A stretch of 64,000 nt of DNA from Paraspadella gotoi (GCA_051294375.1 CM119265.1:22964099-23028098); one strand, 5' to 3'; shown: positions 49,188-63,948, numbered from the stretch's first letter. Notes: a model not told the origin generated them from the sequence alone. Numbers and translations are program-made.

Positions 49188-50190
49188 ACGATTTTTTAAT
49201 TGCAAGTTTCCGATTGGATTGCTCCCATGTTTTTCTTTTCCTTAAATGTAGATTCTCATTAATTCTTAACGCTTAGAATTAAAAAAATTAGCTAAGATGC
49301 ATTACCACTTATAAAGAAATTTATTGCAGTTTCTCAACTTCAAAATTATCTCCTTCCTCATGAATATTTTTTTTAAGTTTTTATTTTTAGATGTGATTAT
49401 TCATTTAGAATCATTCTAACATTAAAAAAGCATGAGAAAATAATAAAAAAGAAAAGAAAAAACTTAGAGAAACTGTAGCGACGAGAGAGAGAAAAAGAGT
49501 TCTGAGCAGTATTTCGCACCCTGACTCGCGACGATTCGCCCGTCGCGATAGAGAAAGGAAAGGATCTCGCCTCATTTTTCGAGAGTCACCTACCGGATGA
49601 CCTCCGACCTTCGCCGGCAAGCGTAAGAGAGAGAGGAGCGGGAAGAGAAGGAAGCCTTTTGTTCCTACCGCGGCTCTGTCGATTGTCGACCAACCCCATG
49701 AAGAGCAGAGAGACGAGAGAAGAGAGAGAGAGAGAGAGGCAGAATGTGAGAAAGACCTGAAACATGCATTGAAACGACGGTTCGATTAAAAATACAACTA
49801 AGCTAGAAAAAAATTAATAAGGAAGCAATGAGAAAGTATAATTAAATTAAATAAATAATCAAAGAGTAGAGGAAGAAAATGAAGTGAAGATGATACTTAA
49901 AATAAGAAAGAGCAGAGGCAATGAGCTTTGAAAAATCTTGGGAGAACTCTTCGACAGTAAAAAAATAAGGGACATTCTAAAAGAACTGTCAAGACAAGTA
50001 AAACTCGGAGGAGAGCTGGCGAAGAAGGTACAAATTGACAATAAGTAACACATTGTCAATAGACAAACGACCAAATTGGCAAACGAGAAAGTAAGGTTTG
50101 TCTCAAAATATGGAAATATCGAAATTTAATTCGCATAACAAAGAAAGAAAAAGACGAACGATGCATTTTTAAAAGCGAAAGACGAGAGTC

Positions 50191-51054
50191 TCATTCGACG
50201 GCCAAGTCTTTCTTTCAGCGAACTCGCGGTCTCGCCCACACGAAACGCATCGACTGGACAGCGGCCCCCACCCCCTGTTTTCGTCGTCGACATCGGGAGG
50301 TCGTCATCGTCTCCGTCGTCGTGTCGTCGCCGTCGATTGGCGTTAAAACGACGCCGCTCTCTTCGGGTCACTCCGTTTTCCTCTTCGGTCCAACCGGAAA
50401 CGGGTTTTGAGTCGGCGTTGGCGCCGTAATTCGCGTCCTTGACCGCCGCGTTTCGGGCATCCTTGGCGGCGTTTCTTTGGCGGCGTTTTTGGCGCCATCT
50501 CTCCGTCCCGATGGCGACCGTCTTCATCGGAATCCATTCGTGTCGATTCGTCGAAATCGTCGCTGGATTCCTTCCTCCTCTTTCCTCATCCTCCTCCTCC
50601 TCCTTTTTTCCACTTTCTCCGTCGACCGCCTCTTTCCAAAATTGTTTGTCTGTTGTTGTAGTTAACCAAGATGGCCGAAGACATTGCGGGAACGTTGGTT
50701 GGGCGTCAGTTGGGAGGAATGCTGGATTAAGTGAGAGAGAGAGAGAGTGAGAGTAGAGAGAAGAGAGAGAGAGAGAGGAGAGAGATAGAAGAGCAAGAGA
50801 GAGAGAGAGAGAGAAGAGACGAGAATCGATTTGATTTAATAACTGCTGGTATCGATTAATTTGGTATTTGTACATAATGATTCTGGTATCTTTTGGTTTC
50901 CGTTCCAGAAAATCGATTATAACTAAAGAAGGAACGGCCAACATCTTGTTACCGTCTTTATTTGGAATTTTTCAGATTAAACTGAATCGAATAAAAATAA
51001 AAATAAAAATAAAAATAATAAAAAATAATAAAAAATAATAAAAATAATAAAATA

Positions 51055-51104
<50 letters not shown>

Positions 51105-51462
51105 TAACTATAATAATAATAATAAATAATAATAAAAATAGATTAAACGATTCTACCTCCGCTGACCGAAGAAACGAATCATCCGGACTTACCCATAATC
51201 TCCGGCGTCTCTTCTCCACCGACGTCGGTCCACGCCCCTTCCGGCGCGATTGGGCGTCACTTCCGGTCTCTGCCGACGGCTCGCCGCCGAGACTCCGGCG
51301 TCTTCGGCTTCATACTTCTTCTTTTTTTTTCCCCGGTACGTTCGAACGCAATTTCCGAGTAATCGAAATCCGTAGGAGGCGCTTCCGTCTTCTCTTCCTC
51401 CTCCTCTTCCTCCTTTCGAGCTGCGTCCAGCATGGATGTTCCACGTCGATGTCTGTGAAGAC
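50191..51462 (-). pseudogene. Frameshifted second copy of the exons at 30084-31249 (probably sequencing noise in an allelic copy)
   Basis: Same sequence and GTAAGT donor, but many 1-2 nt indels break the frame. Confidence 0.55.
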
Positions 51463-51705
51463 CTGTGAAAGCAATGTTGATGTGGAAAATGGGAAAATAT
51501 GAAATTGTAAACAAAGGTAACATGAGCTCTTTGTCTCTCACTGGCTGCTTACAAAATAAAAATCTTTGTTTAATATCGATAATAAAACCTGTTTTATTAA
51601 GAGAGAAATCACTTTGCATGAAAGAAAAGGCAATTTATTCCAGTCAATTACAAACATCTGGTACCCTGGAGCATATGCAGCAATTAGCATAGGTTAATGA
51701 CTTAT

Positions 51706-52189
51706 TATGCCGAACAGAGTTAAAAACTAGAATTTCTTCAAAAAAATAATGGTTAAGTGACTGTTTTTTTTAATTAGATTCTGATAGAGCTTTAAAAAGT
51801 TTAGATAAAGGTTATTTAATAAAAATTTTTAAAAATCTTTTTGTTTTAATTTATAAAATTAAAAAAACTATAAAATTCAGCCATATGATTGATTGATTGA
51901 TGATGATTTTTAAGGTTTTCTATTTTTTTTTCAAAATTTTAACTTTCATTTTAATTTTAACTTTTTCAAGCCTCTATATGGAATTCGTTCTTTAAAAAAA
52001 ATACAATTTAAAAAAAAATTTGCTTATTTCTTATATATTATAAATATTTAAAAAGCTTCAGTGCCAACAATCCCAGTGAACTTAATTCCAAAAAGTTGCA
52101 TTGAAATCGATTTAGTACTAGGAAGGAAAAAGAAATTTTTGGAAAACTAAAAAGTATAAAAAAACGTGTTCAATTTTTGGCCCGGCTTA
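51706..52189. mobile_element. hAT-type MITE (copy-B counterpart of 31469-31937)
   Basis: Same TIRs and atgact(t)at flanks. Confidence 0.75.
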
Positions 52190-53044
52190 ATGACTATTAT
52201 TACATTCAAACGACGAGCAGAGCTCCAAGAGTGGATGAATCTTAACAGTTTCCCGACCAACTCTTCCTATTTTTTTTCAATGTCAAAAAAATGTAAACGT
52301 TCACACTTTTGAACTTTCATAATTCTGACAAGGTGAAATTTTGATATGAAAGAAAACTCTTGAAAATCGGGAATTGTATAAAAAAAGGGCTTGGCTTTCG
52401 ACGAGGACGACGACGACGGACGATGACGACGACGAGGACGACCGACGACGGACGACGGACGACGACGAGACGACGCACGATTTTGAATTTTAAAGGACGC
52501 GCGTCAGCGACCACAACAACAACGACAACAACCGACAAGGCGTGAGAAGAAAGAGACTGCGATTAAGACGTCGACTTCGCATATTGAATTCGATGATTGA
52601 GATGATGATGACGACGATCACGATAATGACAGTGATGATAATGGACGACAAAACTGTTATACATTTGGAAAAAAAAAACTGAACAAAAATGTCTTAAATG
52701 ACGAATACAACGACGGACGACGATTGACAAACGACAATAGTCGACGGTGGTCAAAAACCGACGTCATAAAAAAAAGCGAGATGACAAAAACCGACAACGG
52801 ATAAAATTGACCGACGTTTGAAGAATAAAAACTGACCAAAATGAGAATAGAATAATACGAACGAAAAATAGGCAATTTAGAATATGAAAGTAAAATCGCA
52901 TGGCAAAATAAAAAAAGAATTTAATAAATAAATGTCAAGGTTAAAAACAGCTTCCCATGTTTTTCATTAAACTCAACTATTCAAATCATTAAGCTTTCCC
53001 TTGTAGAAAATGAGTTTCCCCTTGTCTTGCCTGGACGCGCTGGT

Positions 53045-53087
<43 letters not shown>

Positions 53088-53943
53088 GGCATGATTTAAC
53101 TGCCATCTGGCGCTGCGCGAACGGCAAAAAAAAAAAGGGTCTACAATATGCAACATGATTTTTAAAAACTTTTTTTCCCTCTCTCAACTCAAGTAATGCG
53201 ATCAGCCGTTCAATATTCATCTTTTGCATGGAAAATAGCAAGATGGGGACGGTGTGGTTAAGCATCGTGGAGGAGTGTGTAGATGGTAATTGTGGTTAGG
53301 GGGAAGTTGTGGAGTAGTAAGTGTGGTTAGCTCTTTTTGGGGGTTTCCGGGTGCAGCACACCGTTTAGAAAGTTGTGACCGAGCGCTTTGATGTGGCCAA
53401 ATAGGGAAGAGTGGTTAAATACTTGACAGAATTGTGTGAGGTTCACTCCTTGAATGACGAACAAGCCAAAAGAATTGACAGGATTACCCGCTTCGTTGTC
53501 ATGGGAAACCGAAAAGCTAGGTGAGATGAGAATGTAACAAAGAGGCGCTGTTATAGATTCCCTCGCTTGAGAAATCGGAGAGGGAATAGAAGCTTGCTGA
53601 GGTGCAGGTATTTCTCGGAAAAGAGGTAAGGGACGAGCATGCAAACGCCGCGCCCCCAGCGGCTCTTTCATTCATGCCTCTTTTTTTTATCCAGTGGGAG
53701 GAAGGCCGTTTGGTGGGGGCGATTGATTGGGGAACGAGGAAGGAACCGCGGGCATTTTTATTTTCTTTCGTCTCTTCCCTTCGCCTCCCTCCTTCTCTTC
53801 TCCGCGATCGGCGCGTTGAAACCGCAAAGTGAATAAATCACGAGGCAAAAATCGGAATGCAGGAGGAATTTCCGGATTCAAAAATAATTTATGGGAAAAT
53901 ATCGGAGATCGCGATGGATTTTTTTTTTATTCGGACTTAGGCG

Positions 53944-54008
<65 letters not shown>

Positions 54009-54632
54009 CTTCTCTTCCGCTCTCGCTCTCTCTCTCCTTACTCTCAATCTTATATCTTTGCGAAAATCTGAACGCTCATGAATAGGAAACAGTGTAACGA
54101 AATTGAGAGAAGATGTGAAAATATATCGAAAGGAGGGGGGTCGCCGAAATGCCCCATGTAAGAATGACAGAGGAGGGAGAGTAGAGAGAATGATGAGCAG
54201 AAGAGAAGAGAGAGAGAAGACGAAAAGTTTGAAAGAAACAGGGGGAATGCTGATTGGGAGAATGCAAAAGTATGGCAGGTTATAGAAGAACTGAGGAAAA
54301 AATACAAAAGGCAAAAAAAAAAAACAACAAGAAAAGAAAAGTAAAGAATATGAAAAGAGAAATGAAAAACAAAAAAATTACAAAAGAGAAAAAGAATAAA
54401 AAAAAGAAAAAAAAAACACGAAATAAAAGAAACAAAGAATCATATGCTAAAAGAAAGGAAAAAAAAACCAACTACACCCTCTATAAAAACTTTTCTCAAA
54501 GAGATGAGAGACACTGAGAGCTCACAAATATAAGCACTTCGTGTGTGAATGTACCAACTGTTTATCGACCTACTTCTTTCATCTCCTTGCTCTGGACTCT
54601 CCTCCGTTCTCTCTCGACCATCTCTCTCTCTG

Positions 54633-54663
<31 letters not shown>

Positions 54664-55290
54664 CCACTTTCGTTTCTCCGTCCACGTTCAGTTCACCAGC
54701 GCCATTTGCTAGCTAGCTGCTGCTGCACCCCGCTAATCGCACTGCTTGCGCGTCACGCTGCGGGCGTTTCACCCAACTTCTATTTAAACAATCATTGTTT
54801 GAAAACAATAATGTTTCGAGAATCTATTACGCGTTCGTCTAGATAACATATACCTTCTTCGGAAATCGTTTATGAACGTAGGAGACTCAGCGAACAACAA
54901 GCCATGCTACTCTGGTACTTAATTTGAACATTCCTTAAACACTACCATTTAAAGAATCAACTCGATGTCAGCACAACATAATCAACTCCTTCAAGAACAG
55001 GACACGACATTCGAATCGTTAGACAACTGCCACACTCGAAGGTTTTCTCCACATCAACACGATCCGCCCCTCCAACCCACTCTGTCAGACCTGTGCGCTT
55101 CTTTACAATCCTTCCATAATTTCCTGTCTTTTTCTTTTTTTTTTTTTTTTCTTTTTTCCCCTTTTTTTCTCTTTTTGCCCTTTCAAAGAAAATTGTTTCA
55201 ATGTTGAAGAATACGTTTTCATTTACTTTTCCTCGCTCGAAGCGACAAACTTTGCAAACCAAAGAAGCGTTTCTCTCTCTCCTCTCTCTT

Positions 55291-55368
<78 letters not shown>

Positions 55369-55465
55369 AAGGAAAAAAAACAAGCCTTTTTCTCTCATTG
55401 ATTCTATTTTCTCTGCAACTTTCATTTTACTTTTCAAACGCGAATAAACTTTTTTTCTCTTTTAA

Positions 55466-56319
55466 GAGAAAAAGGTGTCATTCAATTTCACTTCAAAAAG
55501 GCTGAAAATGGAGGTACAAATTCAGAAAGCTGAGCTCTTTGGCGCATTCCGAAAAATGTATTCACTTTAAGCATTTGAAAATGCCCATTCTTACCCCATC
55601 ATTTTAATCGGTGTTAATTATTAATATAAAATAAAAGAAACCTATCTGAAGAGTTGCTAGGTCAAACGAAAAGGCCCAATCCATCTGATATTTTTATGAA
55701 TTTTTATTACTGAATTAGAAAAATGTAATAGAGAGACATTTTTTTTAAATTTCAACTTGTATCTGAAAATGAAACGTTTTTTTAAACTTTTAACCCTGAA
55801 TTCTTATCTAACTGGAACGCGTTTATCAAATGTCTCTCTATTACCATTTTTTACAAATGTTTTAAGCATTCTAATCAAATTTTAATTCAATATTATTCAG
55901 TCGTTTAGCTGCACTCTCTTCAAATTCAGTGTAGATTCATTGTAGCTCGAATTTCTTTACCACCTATTATAACTTGAAGCATTTTGTTCATGACTGGAAA
56001 ACCAACCAGAAGTAACAAGATTAATTGTTTAATTCTCCCCTTCTAAACATCCCATACCGTTGTTTTAAACTTCTTAACCTAGATATTTTTTTAACAACCA
56101 GATTGAAAAACAAAATCTTTAAAAAATGTGCTTACCCATTTAACTTAACAATTTGTTATTTACCCATTTTAAAAAAATTATTGAAAACGGAATGTTTAAC
56201 ATATAAATAAGGAACTTTATTTTTTTTTGTGATTACTGATGACTATAATGTATTTCTCGAGTATATTAGCTCTAACACATTCAATGATTACGTATTGTTA
56301 TGCTGAATGACCTTTCCTC
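55466..56319. mobile_element. Non-autonomous DNA transposon with TTAA TSD and purine-start TIRs (Kolobok-like)
   Basis: TTAA at 55462-55465 and 56320-56323. Left end gagaaaaaggtgtcattca; right end reverse complement gaggaaaggtcattca. Empty site with a single TTAA at 35516-35519 in copy A. Confidence 0.8.
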
Positions 56320-57011
56320 TTAAGCTTCTTAAATTCTCTCCTCCCTTTCTCATTAAGACTTAAGATTGTTGTTTTCGTTTGCTCCTTTTGTTTACTTTAT
56401 TTCTTATTCCCCAAAAAAGCTCCAGTTGTCGACTGACTTTCGGAGCTTCCCGTCCAACGAGATTACCCTACATAATCCACCGCTTTCTTATATTTTATTG
56501 TTTCCATGAATATATGTGCAGGATCTTTTGTGCTCTTTTGTTTTTTTAAGCCAAGATTTTTGTAAGGTTTTGGCTATTTCTCCCTTTATTTTCTTTCTCT
56601 TTTGTCGTCTTAAGTTTTAGGGACGAGTATATTATATTTTTAAACTTTAATACCTAAAGGCCTCCCTTTCTGTTAAAATTCGTATTATAAGTGATACAAG
56701 ATATAAGATAACCACAATCCTGCTAAGTATGTTAAAAACTACTCACAGTCTCACACTCAACGGTTCTTGTTTATTAAGAGCCCAGAAGACAACTTGCTTC
56801 CCTATTCCCCTTTTTGAATGTACTGCTTTTCAACTAATTGTTGTAAACGAATAAAACACATATATAAGTGAATATGTTTAAAAGTTTTTATCTTATTATT
56901 CTCCATACGTTTCCTAATGTACTCGCTCCTCTATCCCAGCTCCAACGACCTCTCATCCAACTATCCGCTCCCTACTCCTTTCCAGACTTCCACTGATTAT
57001 TCTCCTCCTCC

Positions 57012-57043
<32 letters not shown>

Positions 57044-60000
57044 CCGACTCCTTTCTTCCTACAAAACGATCTCTCGTCTCTTTCACTACTTTTGTTCTTT
57101 TTTTCCTTTTTTGTCTTTATTCCTCCCTCTCTCGGGCATCCTCCTCCTCCTCCTCCTCCTCCTCCCCCTCCTCCTCTCTTTGATCTTTCCCCTGCTCTCT
57201 TTCTCCATTCTCTTTTCTTTCGAAGAGACGCTTATCTATTGTGTCCTTTTCTTCGTCCGACTCTTCCGCCCCCCCCCGGGTCCTTCCACACCCCTTTCCT
57301 CCCCCCTTCCACCTCCCCTCCACATCGTCTCCCGAATTCTCAAGTTTCGACTCCATTTTAGTTTACAAATTTTACGTAAAAAAATAACATTTGGGTAGAT
57401 TTTTCGATTTTGTTCGTTTAGATAAGATCTGTTAAAAATTGTGTTTTGTCATGTGTGAAGTTTGATTTTCCCAAGAGCTAGTAGATAAACAAAGCTTGAT
57501 TAAGATGAAACGTTGCGCTGAGGAATTATATCTATTTCCCTTCGCGTAAATAACCATCGAGATAGTATTTCTACTATTTAGCCACCCTTCTCGTCTTAAT
57601 TTTCTAAATAAAATAAATTTATTTCTTTAGTTTTACAAAAAGTTTGAATACATTCTTTTCGTGTTCTTTATCCATTTTTACTCTTACGTTTCATCTTACG
57701 TTCCTTTTTTTGACTATTTACCTTTATTCAATATACAATTATACATTTCTTATTCTCTTGCTTTTTCAAATCTTTATATTTTTTCTTAATTTTCTTTCCA
57801 TTCCACCTTTATTTTTCCTTCATCTCATTCCTCCTCCATTTTACCTTAATTTCTTTAAGACTTTATATTTTTTTTCTTGCCCCATTTTTACTCTGTTATT
57901 TCCCATTTATTTCTTTCCGATGATTTCCCATCTCTTTCCATCTTTTCTTTCCATCTTTTTCTTTTCATCTTCTCTTTCTATCTTCTCTCTCCATGTTCTC
58001 TTTCCATATTCTCTTTCTATCTTCTCTTTCCATCTTCTCTTTCCATCTTCTCTTTCAATATTTTCTTTCTATCTTCTCTTTCCATCTTCTCTATCCATCT
58101 TCTCTATATCCTCTCTTCGCCTCCTCCCAATTGCTTTTTCTTATCTCTATAATTCCCGCTCCTTTTTTTTCTCTCCTTTACCTTTTTTTTTCTTCCTTCT
58201 TTTATCTTATCTCGTTTCTTTTCTTCTTCTTTTTTTTTTATTTCCGGTGCGAAATGGTTTCGCGAAGATTAAACAATGATACGAAAAAAATAAATAAAAA
58301 ATGCGTAACAAGAAACAAAAACCGCCTTTGTGGTCAGAAATGAATTCTAGGGAACAAAAAAGAAATAAAAAGAGGAAGAAANNNNNNNNNNNNNNNNNNN
58401 NNNNNNNNNNNNNNNNNNNNNNNNNNNNNNNNNNNNNNNNNNNNNNNNNNNNNNNNNNNNNNNNNNNNNNNNNNNNNNNNNNNNNNNNNNNNNGGAATAA
58501 TAATGACTTTATCACTTTATATATAATATATATAAGTATATCTTCTCCTCTCTCTCTTTCTCTCCTGGCCTGGCTCTATTCTCTCCTCTTCTCCAGTCGT
58601 TCTCTCTCTCTCTCCTCTTCTTTCTTTCTATTCTCTACTTCTCTCTCTCTCTACTCTCTCTTCTCTCTGCTCATCTCTTCTTTCTCTCTCTCGTCGTCTC
58701 TCTCTCTCTCTCTCATCCATCTCGTCTCTCTCGACTTCTCTCTTCCGCAATCAAAACTTTTATTTTTTCCTAATTCTCAATTTCATTTTAGCATAGGCGA
58801 CGGACGGAATCTCGACGGTAAAAAGAAAAAGGAATCGAAAACTTCAATAATTTAAAAAAAAAGTGTCAATGAAGAGAGAAGAAGGATATTTAAAAGTTAA
58901 AAAAATCTTCTCTCTCATTTTTTTTCCTAATTCTCAATTTCATTTTCTGCGACGGACGGAATCTCGACGGTAAAAAGAGAAGCGAACTTCATTTAAAAAA
59001 AAGTGTCATGAGATGAGAGAAAAGGATATTTTAAAGTAAAAAATCAAAGTTAATAACATTATAATAAGTATAGCATATAAAGTTTCCATTGTTTTTCATT
59101 GTAGAACATTTATTTTTAACTGCTTATGCATCAAAATGAAAAAAAAAGTATTAAAAAAAATATAACATGCAAATGATACAGAGGGATTCAGCTCATTCGG
59201 AGTAATCCCCAAATTATCTCAAAACGCACACCAAATTGGCAGATTTAAATTCATAAACATACAAATATAACAAACTTATAATCATACTAAATTGATAAAG
59301 ATTTAGATTTATAAACATACAAATATAACAAAATTATAATCATACTAAATTGATAAAGATTTAGATTCATAAACTCATCCAAAGGATTGGAGCTAAAGAA
59401 CTGAAACGACATCTCGTGCCAGCCCTCTAACGCCCCGGAGGGAAAACGTCTCTCCGCCATTTTTAATGAGACGAAGATTAGTTTTATTAGATTTTTTATA
59501 GTTTTAGTTGTTTTTTTTTAATGCTGCCTCGTTCCAGCTGCGAAACCAGCTCCATCCCCTCTCGTTATGTTACTCCTTCTCGCAGGCGAGAACCTCCATG
59601 CGTGTCCCGGAGTGGGATTAGATTTCTCAATCCAACTCTCACTCTTCGCTCTTCCCCTTTCACTCCTGTTCACACTTTTTCAAGTTCACCACTGCCCTTA
59701 CAGTTGATTAGAGCCCGATCGTTATTGCAGAAGGCGCTTCACTAGATTTCACACCACTTACTGGTGGGCTCACCAATGTATGAAAGAAAAGAAATTATTA
59801 CGAAGGTACATTGATAACTTTTTTGACATTAAGAATGGCGAAGAAATATTATAATAACGCGAATAATAGACTTAACATTGTTTGATTCGAGTATCTGTTC
59901 TTCTTTATAATGGATTTGAACGCACAAAGTCGCGAATTACACCGACGATAGTCACCGATTACAGAGAAGAGAAATCGCGGGTAAAATTGACGAGACGGAA

Positions 60001-60371
60001 AGCTGGTAGATACAGCCAACATGCCGTATAATTTTATTATTATTAGCTCTTATGTTAACTTCTTTCCGGGCCTAATAACTCTCTCGCTCCTCCTCTCTCT
60101 CTTCTCTCTCTCTCTTCTCTCCTCTTCCTCTCTCTCTCTCTCTCTCTCTCTTTTTTCTCATAACTCCACTTCTTCGCCATCCAATCCTTCTTAGGGTAAA
60201 AAAACAAAAGAAAATCTTTTCCACTCTTTTGTCGTTAAATCCCAGCAAATGGGATTTTTTTCCCTCTTTCCAACTCAATCTCACTTTCATTTTTCTCTTC
60301 CTCGACCAAATTATTTCGTACATTTCCACTCTCTTCCGTCTCCTCTCCTCTCATCTCTCTCTCTCGGTCAT

Positions 60372-60403
<32 letters not shown>

Positions 60404-60491
60404 CTCTCTCTCACATCACTCACCTCCCAATCTAACCTCATTTCTGCATCTCCTCTCCTCTCCCTCCATTCTCCTCTATCCCTCATCTCTA

Positions 60492-60546
<55 letters not shown>

Positions 60547-61656
60547 TCTCTCACTATCCCCTCTCATCTCTTCTCCTTCTAACTCCACTTTTCCTTATCT
60601 TAATGATCCTGGCCGCCGAACTACTTTGCTCGCGCGCCTTTTTCTTTTCCCACTCAGCGTTTTTTCTCCTCCCGCTTTCCTTCGTTTTTTCTTTAAAGTG
60701 AATCACTTTTTAGTCTTTTGACTTTTTCACAAAAGTTTCGCTTCAACTGGTTGTTGTGTTCTTCGTTTTATTTTTAACCTGGATTTCGACCTAAAGTTTT
60801 TTTACACTTTTTTTTTCTTTGGAAGGCCGTGAGTTTTCTGTTTCAATTTGTGAATTCTCTCTCGCTGTTTTGTTTTTTAGCGGTTTTTATTTCAGGTTGT
60901 GTTAACTTTGCATGTAAAAAGAAGTAATAAAAATACCTTTTTTTGTTTTGTTTTTTTTTCGTATCTCTTTTTCATATTTTTTCACTTTTTTTTATTTAAT
61001 TTGTTTTGGCTGATCTTCATAGCGTGCCCACGAGCTGTTTTTCGTTGTAACATAATCACATTGTCATAGTTTCAAACAGTCACTTTTGTATAGTTTCACT
61101 TTTTTACCATGTAATAAATCTGTGATACTCTATATAATATCCTACAAATACAACTTGTGATATTCACAGCAAAATATGGGAGAAAAAAAATTGAATGAGT
61201 GTTTCGTTTTAGAGAAATGATCGTTCTGAGAAAGGTATTAATTTCTTTCACTCCACCTCCCTCTCGGCTCGTCGCTCAGGTCTCTATCCCGATCGCTCCC
61301 CTTCTCTCCTTATCAGTCCCCTCTCTCTACTTCTCCTCGATCGACATCTCTCATATCTCAATCCTCCGTCCGCTTCAGGTACAGTCTCTGACCTCTCTTG
61401 TCACTCGATGCTCATCCTCTCTCTCTCCCTTTCACGTCATACTCCTACTAGATTCCATTAATATTTCTGTGACTATTTATTTCCTTGGAGAATGGTGAGT
61501 CGAGATGCAAGCCTCACCTTTACCTTCGACCTGTCAGAGAGAGAGAGAGAGAGAGAGAGAAGGAGAGAGAGAGAGAAACGAGAGAGGAGAGAGGTAGTGA
61601 GGAAGACGTGCGGGAGAGCAATATTGACTAGNNNNNNNNNNNNNNNNNNNNNNNNN

Positions 61657-61687
<31 letters not shown>

Positions 61688-61968
61688 GTGCGGAGCAATA
61701 TTGACTAGGGACTCAGACTAGCTCCTAGGAAAAAGAAAGAGAAAAAAAAGTTGGAGATTTTCTTTTCTAAGAATTTCTTAAAGATATAAAAAGAAAGCGA
61801 ATAAAAAAAAGACAACATAAAAAATAAAAAGCGAAAAAGAGAAGAAATAGAAGAGAAAGAAAAAGAAGAAAAAGTAAAAAAGTCTTTTCGCCAGGTTTCA
61901 TTTTCGTCAAATTTCATTTGTCTTCTTCGCTGTTTGCACCTGCTTCTAGCCGTCGGCAGATATTTTCG

Positions 61969-62018
<50 letters not shown>

Positions 62019-62025
62019 CTCTCTC

Positions 62026-62061
<36 letters not shown>

Positions 62062-62295
62062 GCATAATTTCGCTAACTTTTTCCTCCGCCCAATTTTTTT
62101 AGGTTTTCCTGCTCTGAATTGGAGAATAATCAAAATTTTGTTTCGCCAAAGATTTTGGTTTCATGGAATTTTTTAGAAACCTAATTTTTTTTTTTCTTCA
62201 AATTTTACTGAAAATTGTATTTTTTCAAATTTTCATCTATTTTTTTTTAAAAGATTTTATTTTTGATTCNNNNNNNNNNNNNNNNNNNNNNNNNT

Positions 62296-62439
62296 ATACA
62301 CGAAATCGCGGGTAAAATTGACGAGACGGAAAGCTGGTAGACTACAGCCAACATGCCGGTATAATTTTATATTATTGCCTCTTTGTTAACTTCTTCGGGC
62401 CTAATAACTCTCTCTCTTCCTCTCTCTCTCTCTTCTCTG

Positions 62440-62493
<54 letters not shown>

Positions 62494-62661
62494 CTCTCTC
62501 CACTTCTTCCCTCCAATTCCTTCTTAGGTAAAAAAACAAAAAGAAAATCTTTTCCACTTTTTTGCGTTAAATCCCAGCAAATGGGATTTTTTTCCCTCTT
62601 TCCAACTCAATCTCACTTTCTTTTTCTCTTCTCGACCAATTTTCTACATTTCCACTCTTTC

Positions 62662-62735
<74 letters not shown>

Positions 62736-62774
62736 ACTCCCTCAATCTAACCCATCAATTCCTCTCCTCTCTCT

Positions 62775-62830
<56 letters not shown>

Positions 62831-63385
62831 CCTCTCTCTCTCTCACTATCTCCTCTCATCTCTTCTCCTTCTCTCACTTCCTTATCTTAATGATCCTGGC
62901 CCCGAACTACTTTCTCGCGCGCCTTTTTCTTTCCCTCAGCGTTTTTCTCCTCCGCTTTCCTCTCGTTTTTCTTTAAAGTGAATCACTTTTTAGTCCTTTT
63001 GACTTTTTCACCAAAGTTTCGCTTCACGGTTGTTGTGTTTCTTCGTTTATTTTTAACCTGGATTTCGACCTAAAGTTTTTTTACCTTTTTTTTTTCTTGG
63101 AAGGCGTAAGTTTTCTGTTTCAATTTGTGAATTCTCTCTCGCTGTTTGTTTTGCGTTTTTATTTCCGTTTTGTTACTTTGAATTCCCTTTTTCCTTTTCA
63201 TATTTTATTTCACTTTTTTATTAATTGTTGGTTTCCACCTTTGTATATTTCCACTTTTTGACATGGTGATACCTGTCGACCTTATCACAAATACACCTTG
63301 ATCACATTGGAGAAAAAATATGAATGAGGTCTTTAGAAATCGATTCTGAGAGTTCAATTCTTTCTCTCGCTCTCTCTCTCTCTTT

Positions 63386-63418
<33 letters not shown>

Positions 63419-63425
63419 CTCTCTC

Positions 63426-63471
<46 letters not shown>

Positions 63472-63582
63472 ACCTGCATATCTCCTCTAGTTTCCATTAA
63501 TATTTCTGTGCTATTTATTTCCTCGGGAGAATGGAGTCGATGCAGCCTCACCTTTCCTGACCGCAGAAGAGAGAGAGAGAGA

Positions 63583-63657
<75 letters not shown>

Positions 63658-63948
63658 GTGCGGAAGCAATATTGGACTAGGGACTCAGACTAGCTCCTGG
63701 AAAAGAAAGAGAGAAAAAAAGTTCGAGATTTTCTTTTCTAAGATTTCTTAAAGATATAAAAAGAAAGCGAATAAAAAAAAGACAAATAAAAAATACAAAA
63801 GGAAAAAGAGAAGGAAATAGAAGAGAAAAGAAAAGAAGAAAAAGTAAAAAGTCTTTCGCCAGGTTTCATTTTCGTCAAATTTCATTTGTCTCTTCCGCTG
63901 TTTGCACCTGCTTCTAGGCCGTCGGCAGATATTTTCCTCCTCTCTCCT

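Larger units (their letters stand above)
47340..62269. repeat. Copy B of the direct duplication
   Basis: Bounded by N gaps. Collinear with 29310-41980, with extra inserts at 47778-49700 and 55466-56319. Confidence 0.9.

Noticed and set aside
55646-55690. CTGAAGA...GAAA hammerhead-like string
   Set aside because: No convincing stem I or stem III and no correctly placed NUH triplet.
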